Shown here in pieces: positions 26,807-42,304 of a stretch of DNA of 64,000 bases. The notes under the pieces were generated by a model. The model was given only the letters and a program-made list of their open reading frames with translations, ran no database searches and was not told the origin of the DNA. This DNA is from Eledone cirrhosa (Eukaryota). A program made the position numbers and the translations under genes. The stretch spans positions 45,136,001 through 45,200,000 of the forward strand of contig OZ024747.1 of NCBI GenBank assembly GCA_964016885.1, given 5' to 3'. Numbering within the stretch: position 1 is the first letter of the stretch; every line of letters starts with the position of its first letter.

Positions 26807-27140
26807 GGTTTAGCGTCCGTGTTCCACGCTTGCATGGGTTTGGACGGGGGTTTTCCCACTTGAGGCAAGAGTGATTGTCTTGCTCGCATAGGACTGTCTG
26901 GCGGGTTTTCTACAGTTGGATGCCCTTCCTAACACCAACCACATTTACAGTGTGGGGCTGGGAGGTTTCTACCGTGTTGCCTACACGGCCACATTTACAG
27001 CGTGGACTGTCTGGCGGGTTTTCTACAGCTGGATGCCCTTCCTAACACCAACCACATTTACAGTGTGGGGCTGGGAGGTTTTTACCGTGTTGCCTACACG
27101 GCCACATTTACAGCGTGGACTGTGTGTTTTTTTGTCGTGA
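26790..27140 (-). mobile_element. SINE S2-related element, tail type 3, with ~113-bp internal tandem duplication
   Basis: ggactgtctggcgggttttctacag.tggatgcccttcctaacaccaacc occurs twice; tail aaacccatgcaagcgtggaacacggacgctaaacc(tga)n. Confidence 0.7.
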
Positions 27141-27292
27141 CACCTACACGATCTCATTTGTTTCAGCCTGGATGTTGTGGGACCAACATAACTTTACATT
27201 GAAAGGGGCGGTGTGGATGGGGTGGAGGTGGTGGGACGTGGGTGTGTTTTGATAGAGATGCCTACTGACTGTAGTAGGTTTTTACTTTGTAT

Positions 27293-27545
27293 TTAGGTAA
27301 GGCGGGTCTTCTCTATTACTGAGTACCGCCAAAGGTCTCGGTCCAGTGACATTGTCTTGGAGAGGTGTAAGCGTGTGAGGTCGGAATTTATCATGTCGTC
27401 CCAGGTTTTTCTGGGTCTGCCTACTCCGTGGCTACCGTCTATCTTTATTGCCCTGCACTTTGTTATACAGCTGTCGTCTTTCATGCGCATCACGTGACCG
27501 TACCAACGTAGCCTTCTCTCGAGTAAACAACATCTGATCCCTCTT
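27293..27545 (-). mobile_element. RTE-like LINE 3' fragment
   Basis: ERRLRWYGHVMRMKDDSCITKCR...GRPRKTW. Confidence 0.8.
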
Positions 27546-27637
27546 CTTCAGTTTCTTGAAATCAGTTTTCACCTTTACTAGATCTATCTTTAAACAGCTG
27601 AATCATTATCTGCCTGCCCCACATTATATAAAGATAT

Positions 27638-27825
27638 GGCGGTGAATTGGCAGTATCGGTAGAGGGTCGGACGCCATGCTTTGACGCATAGAGTTACGGC
27701 CCTTGCCATTCTGAGTTCAAATCCCGCCGAGGTTAACTTTGCCTTTCATCCTTACGGGGGTCGATAAAATAAAGTACCAGTAATACACTGGGTAATTGCT
27801 AGCCTTGTACCAAAAGCAGAAACAA
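27638..27825 (+). mobile_element. SINE S1 with TSD
   Basis: Full-length S1; TSD attatataaaga. Confidence 0.9.
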
Positions 27826-27962
27826 TTATATAAAGACATCCACTCTTGTTCAGTTTGGTCTATAACAAACTTGAACTATGATATTCCACACTTTCCAACT
27901 ATTCCCCCACCCCCATATTCACACTTGTGAATTGCTAACTATCATTTCTTATTATTCTACAC

Positions 27963-28148
27963 GTGGTGGTTTGGCAGTATCAGTAGAGCGTCAGAAACTA
28001 TGCTTTGCAACATAGAGTTATGGCCCTTTACGTTCTGAGTTAAAAACCCACCAAAGTTAGCTTTGCCTTTCATCCTTATGGGATTGAAAAAATAAAGCAC
28101 CAGTAATGCACTAGGGTAATTGCTGACCTTGTGCCAAAAGTAGAAACT
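27963..28148 (+). mobile_element. SINE S1 with TSD
   Basis: Diverged S1; TSD tattctacac. Confidence 0.85.
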
Positions 28149-28554
28149 ATTCTACACTGAGTCTAAGCTCTCGTTGAAGACAGAAATATTTTCTCTTTTC
28201 TTGAAGAACGACCTAATCCAAAACATTTGAAACTCTTTTCCTAATGGTATATGACATTTTTGCCAATGTAGAGCACCATTAGTCTCCACGGATGCTGGTT
28301 TTTACTTGTTATTTTTCCAAATTCTGCCACATCTAACCTCAATCAGTTTCTGTACCACACCATGAAAAGGTTATCTGATTTCTTTCACTCCTGCCTGATC
28401 TGACATTGCATTGTAATACTCTACTCTGCCCCATCTCTCTCACCACATTATTCTATTTGTTTTGGCTATATATATATATATGATATATATATATATGATA
28501 TATGATGATATATATATCATCATCATTTAACATCCATTTTTCCATGCTAACATG

Positions 28555-28617
<63 letters not shown>

Positions 28618-29002
28618 GTATATATATATATTTATGTGTGTATGCATGTATTATCTTTCTATCTATATATATACATAGATAATACATTTACATACATATT
28701 TACGCCCATATACATATTAGTAGGTATCATTAAGATATAGGGATATAGAGAAATATAGATAGGAATATGTGTGCACAAGTATATGTGTGTGTTTATGTCT
28801 ATGATTATCCATTTAACAATTTTCCATTCAAATATTTGTACTAATTCTCAAGCTTGGGAGGAATCTCTTTCTGGCATTAGTTCATTTCATGCTTCAATTC
28901 TTTCAGTTTGCTACAGGCATGGTCTGAACAAATATTCCATATTTCCAGAGTCCAAAATCACTCTCTTGTGATATGCTTCACTCATATGTGTGTTGAGTGT
29001 TT

Positions 29003-29537
29003 CAATCTCTCTCTCACACACACATACACACATATATATATATATATGTATGTGTGTGTATATATATATGTATATATATATATGTGTGTGTGTGTGTGTA
29101 TGTGTGTGTGTGTATATATATATGTGTGTGTGTGTGTGTATATATAAGTGTGTGTGTGTATATATATATATATGTGTATGCATAATCTCTCAATCTCTCT
29201 CTCACACACACATACACATATATATATATATATGTATGTGTGTGTATATATATATGTATATATATATATGTGTGTGTGTATGTGTATGTGTGTGTGTGTA
29301 TATATATATGTGTGTGTGTATATATAAGTGTGTGTGTGTATATATATATATATGTATGCATAATCTCTCAATCTCTCTCTCACACACACATACACATATA
29401 TATATATATATGTATGTGTGTGTATATATATGTATATATATATATATGTGTGTATGTGTATGTGTGTGTGTGTGTATATATATATGTGTGTGTGTGTATA
29501 TATAAGTGTGTGTGTGTATATATATATGTGTATGCAT
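29003..29537. repeat. Tandem triplication of a ~180-190 bp compound microsatellite unit
   Basis: caatctctctctcacacacacatac...tataagtgtgtgtg...tatgcata repeats three times. Confidence 0.8.
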
Positions 29538-29750
29538 ATGAATATACATATGTGTGTGTAGGTGGGTGTGGTGACATATGTATCTAAAGAAAGATATCTC
29601 TCATTTACAGCTCTCTATATGTGTGTGTGTGTGTTTATATATATATATATGCATCAAATATATGCAGATAAACACATATATGCCTATCCCTCTCTGTCTC
29701 TCTCCATCTATCTATCTATCTATCTATTTCACTATATATATATATATATA

Positions 29751-30212
<462 letters not shown>

Positions 30213-30215
30213 TAC

Positions 30216-30301
<86 letters not shown>

Positions 30302-30670
30302 TGATACACATGTGCGGTGTGTTTGTGCATATTTGTGCTGGTAAGTGTGAGTATGTTTGACATTGGTGTTCACAACATCACACTGATGCATACAACTACA
30401 GTACTACTTTTCTATGACCTATAAATGTGCCAATGGTTATTATGCTTGAAGAAAAATCAGATTTGACAACTTTGTTGTGGCTGACGGAGGTGGTGGAGGT
30501 GGTGGTGGTGGTGATTTGGTTTGTTCATCTTGGTCACCAGTTTGACAATATATCCACCATTTTTGTACTGTCTGCAAGTGGTGAATAGATTTGACAAGTC
30601 TACAGAACAGCTACAGTATGTAGAAATTCTATGTATAAAAAATACATTCTTATGCACATACATAGAAAAT

Positions 30671-30721
<51 letters not shown>

Positions 30722-30825
30722 GTATATGGACACATGTAGATATATAAACACACATTTATTAGCATGGAAATTGGATGTTAAAATAATGATGAAGATGATG
30801 ATATACATATGTATGTTAATATATA

Positions 30826-30860
<35 letters not shown>

Positions 30861-30892
30861 ATGTATATATATATGTATATATATATATATAA

Positions 30893-30925
<33 letters not shown>

Positions 30926-30999
30926 TATAAATATATATATACATATATATAAATATATATATACATATATATAAATATATATATACATATATATAAATG

Positions 31000-31031
<32 letters not shown>

Positions 31032-31255
31032 AATGTATATATATATATACATATATATATAAATATATATATACATATATATATATATAAATGTATATAT
31101 ATATATATATACATACATATATTCCTATACCTATTTCTCTCTCTAACTATATATATATATAAACTCACTTATTTGTTGACCATATCATTCTGTAAATATT
31201 AGAATATACATTACAATTTTACATTCATGCCAAAAAATAAAACCAATGAAATAAT

Positions 31256-31350
<95 letters not shown>
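31256..31350. repeat. (CTA)n-(TAG)n inverted trinucleotide repeat
   Basis: The CTA run switches to its complement at ctag 31307-31310. Confidence 0.95.
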
Positions 31351-31351
<1 letters not shown>

Positions 31352-34075
31352 ATAATAATAGTAATAACCCTGATTATGATACGAGATTGAAATTACATTT
31401 ATTGGTAATACAAAAAATAATTGCATATATTCATAAAAATATATTACATGTATTCATATAAACTACACCATTCATTCATATAAAACTGTTGATAAAAAAT
31501 ATATAAACTTCACATCATGTGTAGAATTATATTGTCAGGTAAACTACAGGTAAGTAGGTCTACACATATATATACACACAATTCAATTACACTGTTATGC
31601 AAATATTTAAAAAAGAAGAATATAAAAAAAAATTGAATATACTTCATACAGAATAGGAAAAATTCTGTCAGGTAAATCTATGAAAATATTTCAGATAAGC
31701 TTACAAACATGTATGGAAAAACAAACATACTGCCACACACATAGAGACATACACACATAAAATCTTACATACACACATATGTATACACAGACACTTATCC
31801 TCAGACATGTACACACTCACCCAAACACACATGTAAATACAAAAACACCAATCACATCTACACAAGTTTCCGAGCTAAGTATACAATATACTTACTTTAT
31901 TGATAGCTTTTATACAAAATTATCATGTTTCTGCTTTTGAAAGTAGCATAAAGTTTGTCTATAGTGGACATAAGCCTGTCTGAGGGATTAAGAAGTTCGC
32001 TTTACAACCTTACAACCATAAGAACTTGGGTTTGATCCCAATGCATGGCACATTGGGCAAGTTTCTTTAACATAATCTCAGATCAAACCATGTAGTTCGA
32101 GTGAAATTGGATGGACAGAAATTGTGTTGAAACCCAATGGATGGAATGTTCTTGTAATTCAAAGTTTAAGGCTTCAGACATGTCCTGTCATGTCCATTCA
32201 GCATTAAAATTGTGTTAGTGATATGTGTGATAGACAATCGCATACATGTTAATTCATGAGTTGGTTGTTCAGTTGAGTGAACACATGGATGTTCATCGTC
32301 GAAACTGATGGAGGATCCATTAAAGATTTTATTATTGGCTTAGTTGAGAGTGGTGTATTCGCAGTATTGGTAGAGTGTCAGACACCATGCTTTGTGGCAT
32401 AGAGTTATGGTCTTTTACATTCTGATTTCAAATTCCGTCAGCATTAGCTTTGTATTTCATCCTTAAAATAAGTATCAGAAATTACGAGTAACACACTGAG
32501 ATCAATTTAATCGACTTTGCCCTCACCCCCAAATTGTTAGCCTTGTGCTTAACTTAGAAACCATTATTTACTTATTTGAAGGTAGTGGATTGACAGAATT
32601 GTTAGAGTATTGGATAAAGCATGACACTATTTGTTCTTGCTCTTTACATTCTGAGTTCAAGATCTACTTTGCCATTCATCCATTTGGAGTTGAAAAATTG
32701 CAGTACCAGTGAAATACTGGGGTCAATTTCCCCTACCCAAATTACTGGCCTTGTTCCTAAAAAAGAAATCTTTATTCATTTATTTATTTATATTTTTCCA
32801 ATAAAAAGCAATGACTGTATTCAAAGACAAATGAAACATTTTAGTTTCTTATTTCCCTCGTTTGTTTCTATTTCATTTTGGACTCTATCAAACCTTTATA
32901 TATATATATATTCATAATGATATATATTCCTTGTTTTTCAAATTTCAATTATCACATTTTTTTATATTTCTAACAAAAGTCACTAAAATTGATTTTCAGA
33001 TAATTGCGAAATTAATCAGGGACTTGTAAAGATTTTGTAATATAACTCTTTACAAATATTAACAAATATTGTGATGAATGGTTTTTATATAAAGATAAAC
33101 ACTTCAAAACAGTTTTATATCATAAAATCAGTGGTTGTTTTAGTGGGGTTGGTATCAAAAGGGTTACATTATTTATTCATTAATATGTTTATAGTGTATA
33201 TAGACTATATTTGCCATTAATTAGCAACAAACCTAAAAGTGCGAATCATGAGAAAACAATGGATTTTTATGGTTTGCTTCCTTATATGGACTTAATGTTT
33301 CCAAGCCTACAATCTCTTAATTAATCCTTTTGTTAGCATATTTCTAATGAAAGTCATTGAATATAATTTTGGAATAATTTTGGAATTTGGAGTGATTTAA
33401 CAAAATAACTGACTTCCTCATTATCAAGTATGTGTTTGAGAGATAACGTAATACAAGGTTCTAACATAAAATTATGATGGAACGTTTTTAGATAAACATA
33501 AACACTTGAAATAAATAAGTTGTCTCATAAAATCAGGTGTGGTTTCAGGCAACATATTATTAAAAGGACTAAAGTTTCAAATAAATTTAATCTTTTGCTG
33601 TTGTTCTTTTTTTTAAATATTTTTTTCTTTCATCAAAATATTTTTTTCTTTCATACCAAATACTTTTTATATCTGTCAAATGTGTGCAAATATTCTTATT
33701 TTTAAGACTGAATTTTCAGAGTTATTAAAACATTGAATAGAATGCTTTCTGGTATTTGTTCCAGCTCCTTGCAGTTGGAGTTTAAGTCTCACTGAGAACA
33801 ACTGCACCTTTCTTCCTATTGAGGTCGATAAAAAGACTACCATTACATTATTGGGGTCGATATTTTTCTCTATATCGCTTAGTGTAAATGGTATATTTCA
33901 GGTGTGGGTTTAAATCCCATGGGTAGTGCTGTAGAAATTTTTTTTCATCGTCAGTGTTTATACACCCAAATTAAATAGACTATTTTTCAGTCAAAGAATG
34001 TTGATGCTTTTTTCAAATTCAAAAAATTCCTATCGCTCAACAGTTCTAAAAATGGATTCAAATTCACAAGTACAT

Positions 34076-34124
<49 letters not shown>

Positions 34125-34317
34125 TCAGGTTTTTTCAAGCAGGGAAAAGCGGACCTAAAATGATGATGATGATGATGATGATGTTTGTTTATTCCATCAT
34201 GCGACATGAGTTTGACTGACTTCATCAGTAGCTCAGGTGGTATGTTGGTCAGTACATGATAAATGCATCCCTCCAATTGAATCGGAATTTTTTATTTTGA
34301 GTTATAAACTTCTTTCT

Positions 34318-34465
34318 TCACCCACCCAACAGGAAAAAATCACATGATTGCTGGCCATCTAAACCATGACAACCCAACCAACATCCTGGAAATTGAATAT
34401 CAAGCCACTGACATCCAGTGCATGCAAAATGAGGAGGAGCCCCATCTTGCATGAATATGATGTCA
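34318..34465 (-). pseudogene. Tc1/mariner-superfamily transposase fragment
   Basis: IFMQDGAPPHFA...WLDIQFPGCWLG...CDFFLLG. Confidence 0.75.
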
Positions 34466-34721
34466 TTGATTTTGACCCAAGTTGTCCAAGTAGGCCAAAA
34501 GTTATTTTCAATAGGGAGTTTCTTTCCACCTAACCTGTATGTGTATATATATACAATCTCACAATAATCCCCTATAATCAAATAAACTCAAGGAACAGAT
34601 TCCAAGCTCTTTATAAATCAGTAAGGAGAGAAATACACATAAATATATGTATTCAATCATAGGGGGTATAAAACTACCAGGGTGACAAACATTAACTACG
34701 GATAGAACGGTGAATACAAAT

Positions 34722-34893
34722 TACCATATTTCCCGGCGTCGAAGATGTTACTTTTTTCCTAAAATAAATCTCAAAAATCTACCATGCGTCTTGGAGGCCA
34801 AAGGTTGTTTATTATTTTTTTTCAAATTTTTGGTTGTCAAAATTAGGATGCATCCTCGAGGACAAAGTGTCTTTAGTGCTGGGAAATATGGTA
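34722..34893. mobile_element. MITE with TA-flanked TIRs (pogo/Tigger-like)
   Basis: taccatatttcccggc ... gctgggaaatatggta. Confidence 0.8.
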
Positions 34894-37260
34894 ATTAAAA
34901 TAATAAATCAAAGTGTATATATACGGTGCCCCAGCTTGGCCTCGGCCGGATGGCTGGAACAGGTAAAAGAGTATATGTGATGGGCTTGTGTACAGGCTCT
35001 GTTTATCCAATTCACACAAAAGACATTGGTCAGCCTGAAGCTATAGTGGAAACTCATGCCCAATTACCATACAATGTGATAGAACCACAAATCACAAGTT
35101 TGTAATGCAAATTTCTTAACCACCCAGCCATGCCTGTACCTATAACAATAATCAATGATATTCTGAATTAATGTTATGTTATGTTTTTATTAATATCTTG
35201 CCCACTCTCACCACTTGAAAAGTTATTACATATATAACAAAGAAAAGAGTAAAAACATAATATTTTACATATCATAGGTAATAAATGTTAATTCTAATAA
35301 ATATTAAATAGTATATTATTAGAAACTTTCTTTCTTAATAAAACAAAAACAAAACAAATAAGAAAAAAGAAAACATTTTACTTTTTGTTATATTTATCTA
35401 TCGGAATAATTTGAATTTTGATAACTAATCAGATGTATTAAATGGTTATATTTTTTAGTACCGTGTAATATATTATATACCTATAAGATAAAGAAGTTTG
35501 CTTAAATCCTAATGTCCTGTACCACATGAAATCACATTGTACTGACATACTTCTAAAGTACAAAATAGCACTGTGACTGCATTACATTAAAATAGAAGTC
35601 TTTACATTAACTGCAAATTTTCACATCAATTTGTCCACTAGTAAAGATACTATAAACATTTGAAATAACAAGCCTTGTTTTAGATATTTGCTCCTAAATC
35701 ATTACAGAATGTTAAAAGTCGGGCCAACTCTGTGGTTCCAAAGTTAATCTGACAGCATTGCAGCTTAAGCAAGTGTTCTTTAATACAGCCTTGGGGATGA
35801 GCCAAAATATTGTGAGTGAAGTTTCAATACAGAATTTGATCAGACTATATATATATATATATAAACAGCAGTTGACTTATGGTAGTAGAGGTACTACAAT
35901 AAAATGCTCCTAGTATACACTGAAAACTGGTAGAGCAGGCACCATGATAAAACACTCAGTACACTGTATAAAATGTGAGTGTTTCTATCACTTTAAAATG
36001 CAGCTCTCCCCTCTGTAAATTCTAGAAAGTGTTTGGCATTAGAAAAAACATCCAGACATAGAAACCATGCTATAATGGAATGTATAAACAAGATGTGGTC
36101 ATCTAACCTGACAGTGATGACTCATCCAACACAGTCCAGGACAGTATGTCATGAAGTACATTATTCAATATATTCTTCCCCCTTTTTTAACATGGTAGAG
36201 GGGAATTTGAGGGTGAGTTGGCTGTTATTTCTAGCAGTTACAACAAATGGCTCATTGGTTGACACCATAGGTCTATTTCGTTTACTAGATAAATCTATTT
36301 CTATGCAAAGAATAATCTCGAGTTTGGGTAGGTTTCCAATATATAATATATATACATATATATATAAACTCTCTCCCTCGCTATCTAAGTATATATCTAT
36401 CTATCTATATATATATATATTTACTAAAAATAAACTAAATAAAAAAGCATCCACCAATGGATTATATTGTGTACTCTTGTTTGACTGCTGACAGACAACT
36501 GGCAAATCACCTATAATCAATAGAAGATCAAATTTAGTGAAGAAAGATAGAATGAATACAGCTAATGGTTGGTTCTTATTTTATCCAGCTGCAGATCTTG
36601 GTTCATGTTCTTCAGCTGTCAGCCATTCAATCAAGCTTCACATAGATTAGCTATGAGGCTGAGGCATGGCTCTGTAATAAAAAAGTTTGTTGCAACCAGG
36701 TGATTTCAGGTTCAGTCCAACTGTGTAGCACCTTGTGCAAATTAAGGAAGTGACTATAATTTTAAGCTGACCAATGCCTTGTGAATGAAATTAGTAGATG
36801 GAATATGTGCAGAAGCCCATCATGTGGTGAGGGAGGCTTAGTATGTGAGATAGGCTTGTATTTGTGGCCCTAGCTGCTTGTAGGGAGTGGGTGACAGATG
36901 GATGGTCAGCCAGTCCTCCACCTCTATACCTATGCAAAGCTGTGGAGTGGAACTAAAGTTCACAAGGGAACAAACTTTGTCTATGGAAACATCATTTCTG
37001 TCCATTCCCTTTTCTTTAGATTGGATTGCCTCGGAAATATAACTTTATTACATAAAAATGGTGTCTGATGATAGCCATGACTGTCATTGAAATATGCATC
37101 ACAGCTTTGTTAATAAAGGACTCTTTAACATCTACACCAAACTTCACATTTGCCCTATTCTATATATATATCTAAACTATAATAAAGTAAGATCTGCGGG
37201 ATTGTGTACGTTTTTTTTTTTATCCTGTTTGTAAAATAAGTTGGATTACTTTGAATAAAT

Positions 37261-37446
37261 AATTGTTTCTACTTTTGGCACAAGGCCAGCAATTACCCAG
37301 TGTATTACTGGTACTTTATTTTATCGACCCCATAAGGATGAAAGGCAAAGTTAACCTCGGCGGGATTTGAACTCAGAATGGCAAGGGCCGTAACTCTATG
37401 CGTCAAAGCATGGCGTCCGACCCTCTACCGATACTGCCAATCCACT
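37261..37446 (-). mobile_element. SINE S1
   Basis: Near-identical reverse complement of 27638-27825. Confidence 0.9.
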
Positions 37447-38549
37447 GAATGAATATTACATAATTTATGTACTCAATTTCGTAAACAAAAATAATTTCGT
37501 AAAAATAAATAATTTAAAATTGACTTCTTTTCAAAGTTGCACTTCCAGTATATCATCGCCACCACCACCACCACTTCAACTACCATATATATATAGAAAG
37601 AGAGAGTTTGCGATGAGAGAGATAGAGAGATTATGATTTTCTACACCTGACGTGTATGATTGTGCACATACATACATCTATATGTATGAGTATTATGAGT
37701 ATATAACTATAATCGTGCAAACACAAACTTATAAAAATACACTCTCACGGACATAATTCACACACATACACATACAGTACATTCACACATACTTTCACAC
37801 AAACATACATACTTTCACACATATATACATACATTCACACATATACTTTCACACAAACATGCATACATTCACACATGTACATTTACACAAACACACACAT
37901 ACAGTCATGATAGCATTCGGTTTAATTGGAGATGAAATGTCAACACTTTCGGTTGGCCATCGCTTAAATAAAAATACTAATTTTCTTTCACTAATTTTCT
38001 CCTAATGCAGTTTATATATAATATCGTCTTTTTAATGTATCATGGATTACGTTACTGATTAAATAAGACAGTGTAACGCAGTCTTCGTTCAATTTCTATG
38101 TACTATATATTGTCAATTACGATTTTATTTGATGTATCATATCTACATGTATATATACCTGCATATAATATCAATATACACACTACACATGCTAGCAGAA
38201 AACCACCCGAAGAGTAGTTTTTCTGTTAGTATATATAATATATTAATACATGTCTGTACATATACAGTACAGGATTAATTGAGCCTGTGTGAATATATAT
38301 ATAAATATATATTTGATATAGGGACAAATAAACATGTTCATTTTACATATTTCTCTGTAGATTGAAAACATGATGAACATCCTTAATTAATTTTGACCCT
38401 TATTGGTGTCTCATCAAATTATTTCAACAATCATTGATTAACTACAGATAAATATATAACTAATAACTTTCTAAAGCTTAAAACCTGTGAAATGAGGGAC
38501 AAATTTGCATATAATTAGTGCTTATGTTAGTAGCAAAGTTCAGTATGTA

Positions 38550-40068
38550 TTAACCTCTTAGCATTTACGTTATATTTACTACTAGCAGTTTAGCCCGGTG
38601 TTGCTCTGGTTTGTTAATTTGCTATGAAAAGTTACATACAGGTGAAAGTGGCTTGAAAGCGAATAAGCTTATCAATTAAGTGCATAAAGCAGTTGAACCG
38701 GTTATTAAAAGTTACGAACCAATTAGCATTTTGGACAATCAATGATGGGTTAATAATCTTCCAATAGCGAATTTAGCAGACCAAAGTTGCAAGATGGTGG
38801 CCCTGATGCCGCTGGGTGTCATATCTGTCCACCATGGGTGACCCTACCAGGAAATAGTTTTCCAGACGGCATAGCTCCAACACCTCCAACACCTGCACCA
38901 ACATCTACAGCACCTCTTTGTAGATGATATTGCGTGTCATCCCTTGAGGAGTGTAAGAAAAAGTCCATTCCTGCTCCCTACATGGGAACAGGCAACATAA
39001 AGTTGGCCATAGGAGAAGCATGGCTCCCCCAAATGGATGTCAGCCACCGACAATGTTTGCCCTTATGACTTGTTAATGGACATGGCAAAACATGGTCTCA
39101 CCGGGAATTGGGATCGCCGGAAATCGAATGGGATATCTGACTCCGAGGGGAAAAGGTTCATCCTTGGCAGTGTATTCGGCAGCATTGCCAGAAGTACAAC
39201 ACTATGGGTGTTGTCATATTAATATTTAACCAATGAAAGTCGTAAAAAATAAATAATTTAAATATTCCGATTCATATGTCTATAGCATTAATCTGTTATA
39301 TGAAGTGTTATTTTGCGGGTTGTTACTTGCAATAAGCTGATTTAAAATACCCCAGAAAAGCCGTATGTCAATACAGAACTCCAATGACTCCCCCAGCAGT
39401 TATATTATAGAGAGGGGTATAATCTATTATAGAGAGAGGGAAGAACGATGGAAAGAGTAAAGCTAAGACACTATAGGGAGGTGTGTTAAACCTCAAAGCA
39501 TGAAGAGAGTAAAGCAGTTAAAGTATAGGGGAATGATCTATTATAGAGAGTGCGTTATGATTATGTTTGTTGCTGTATAAAATGATGTGTTGCTTAGTTT
39601 TCAAAGTTTATGTCACGTTCCTGAACAAAGTTTTGTCGCTGTTGGGTAGTAGAGAGAGTGAATAAGCATGTAAGAGAGAGGGTTACAGCATGTATTTAGT
39701 TTTATCGATTTTTTTCATAGAAGCCGGACATTTTTGTCAAAGTTTATTACGCGTTGACCATCGTTGCTAAATTTGGAGCACATTGGAAAAAAATCATCAA
39801 AATCGCTAGAGAAATGTGGAAATGCATAAAAATCATACACACACACAGACAGACATCTTCCGTTTTATATATATAGGGATTATATTTTCATGGTAAAAGT
39901 TTTATCTCACATAGTTATTTCACGTAATATCGAATCAATGAGATTTTGATATTTATTTTGAGAACAATACCTTAACATCAGTACGAGTGGCTGGTTACAG
40001 CCAGTTTGAAAAGAAAGAAGTGAGAGAATCCTGACTGGATTTGGCTAGTTTAAATGCTAAAGTGTTAA
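38550..40068. mobile_element. TTAA-flanked MITE (piggyBac-like) interrupted by a Helitron
   Basis: TTAA-cctcttagcattta ... taaatgctaaagtg-TTAA. Confidence 0.6.
38582..39879 (-). mobile_element. Non-autonomous Helitron
   Basis: Minus strand: A|TCcctatatatataaaacggaagatgtctgtctg ... ccagagcaacaccggg (degenerate hairpin) ctaaactgCTAG|T. 5' TC, 3' CTAG, A^T target, no TSD. Confidence 0.75.
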
Positions 40069-40621
40069 GTTGTGCACTAAGTAGATTAAAAAAATGATAA
40101 ATAGATATCGGTGCATTACAGTATAGGATTAACCAAGAGCACATGATTGTATATATGATATTTACATTGAGTATATCAACAGGCAAACGTGTAAAATTTA
40201 ATATATATTCACATTAGAGACAAAGTAGATTTCACAAAAGGCATTCAATGATCAGGTGGGTAAAGTAAACTAGGTGATGGTTTCATTTGTTTGATGCCAT
40301 CCCACCCAAAACTGTCCATGGCTCTATAAGAAAAAAATCTGTTGTAGCATAGGTGCCTTAATAAATTAAAATCCTCCAACACAACCTTTAATTAAGTTAT
40401 GTTACAAATGTAATCTAAAAGAAATGATAATTCTAGTGATTTTCCTTCAATTAATTCAAATACATTGTATTTCATTAGAAATATGGCAATAAAAGGGTTA
40501 AATATACCACCAAAGAACTTAATACACAAAGAACTGGACCAAACACCACAAGGCATCTTGTTTGACACTAACAATTTTACCAATCCACTGTTTTAGACTT
40601 AGTATTTTATTTTATCTACTT

Positions 40622-41158
40622 CAGACTTGCCAACCTCTAAAACCCCAATAGGGGAGTACCATGAAAAAAATGACCCAAAACAGGGAGAAATGAGGGAAAA
40701 TGAAGAGATTTACATAATTGTTTCTAATTTAGGCACAAGGCCAGCAATTACCCAGTACATTACTGGTATTTTATTTTATCAACCCCGTAAGGCAAAGTTA
40801 ACCTCGGCGGGATTTGAACTCAGACTGTAAAGGGACATAACTATGCTAGAAAGCATGGCGTCCAACCCTCTACCGATACTGCCAATTCACACATAATTGT
40901 TTCTACTTTAGGCACAAGGCCAGCAATTACCCAGTGCATTACTGGTACTTTATTTTATCGACCCCGTAAGGATGAAAGGCAAAGTCAACCTCGGCGGGAT
41001 TTGAACTCAGATCATAAAGGGACGTAACTATGCTGGAAAGCATGGCGTCCAACCCTCTACCAATACTGCCAATTCACACATAATGAAAGTTATACATATT
41101 TTCACAAAAGAAGACATCTCTCCCCCACCCCAAAGTGGATGGGGAGAGTTGACAGGTC
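40622..41158. mobile_element. MITE (same family as 12062) carrying two tandem S1 SINEs (40719-40890, 40898-41077, minus)
   Basis: TIRs cagacttgccaac / gttgacaggtc; acataat occurs three times around the two SINEs. Confidence 0.75.
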
Positions 41159-42105
41159 AAAAACCTTGAAAAGATGAAAAGTTTAGTTAAAGTTGACCTT
41201 GACAGGATTTGGATTCAATATACAAAATCCTGAATGAAATACACCAAAGCATCTATTTTATGGATTCCATTAATCCACTGTCATAACAACTTCTTTTTTT
41301 TATGGACCTTAAAACAATGAAAGGCACAGTTGACCTTGGTGGGATTTGAATTCAAAAGACAAAGAGAATAGAAACCAAACAGAACAATGTATCCACCCAC
41401 TCTAGTGATACTGCTAATCAATTGCCCATATATTTCATAGATTCCCAGAATGATGAAAGGTCCAGTTGAACATGGTGAGATTTGAACTTAGAATGCAGAA
41501 AACTGGAACAAATACTGCAAAGTATTTAGTTCTATGCTAAAATGCCTCTGCCAATTCATTGTCTGTTATATTATTTTGTACAGAATGTAATTGGAAATGG
41601 TATTGTCGTAAGCAGATTCCAATTCTCATTTCAGTAATATTTGTGTCATGTTTATGGTTTTATAAATGCATTTTAATTTATTTTTTCGTATTTTTTTCAG
41701 AATGTGTCTTGATTTTATAAATTTCATCAGTTTTTTTTAACTGACAATAAATTGACCTTATTATATAGACATTGAAAAACAAATACTCACTTGCACAGAT
41801 GCATACACACACATGCAGACAGGCATACACAAACTCACAGATATATATTCTTACACACACACACATATATATTTATATTATATATACAAGCATACATATA
41901 AAATGCCTCTACTATTTTCTTTAAAGCCATAAACAGTTATAAATTGATTAGACTTGAACAGGAATTGGTCGAATTTGATTAAATGATGTGTATGTGCTTG
42001 TATAAATAAGTTAGTGTGAGTGAGTATCTATGTGTGTGACATTTTTCTGCATGTGTGTATATACATATACACACATGCAGAAAAATGACACACATATATA
42101 TTTAT

Positions 42106-42136
<31 letters not shown>

Positions 42137-42304
42137 CACAGAGACACACACATACATATGTATATATACACATGCAAACACACATATATGTATATGTGTA
42201 TATATATATGTATATATACACATACATATGTGTGTGTATATATATATATATACACACATACACACACATATGTGTATGTATATATATATATATATATATA
42301 TATA

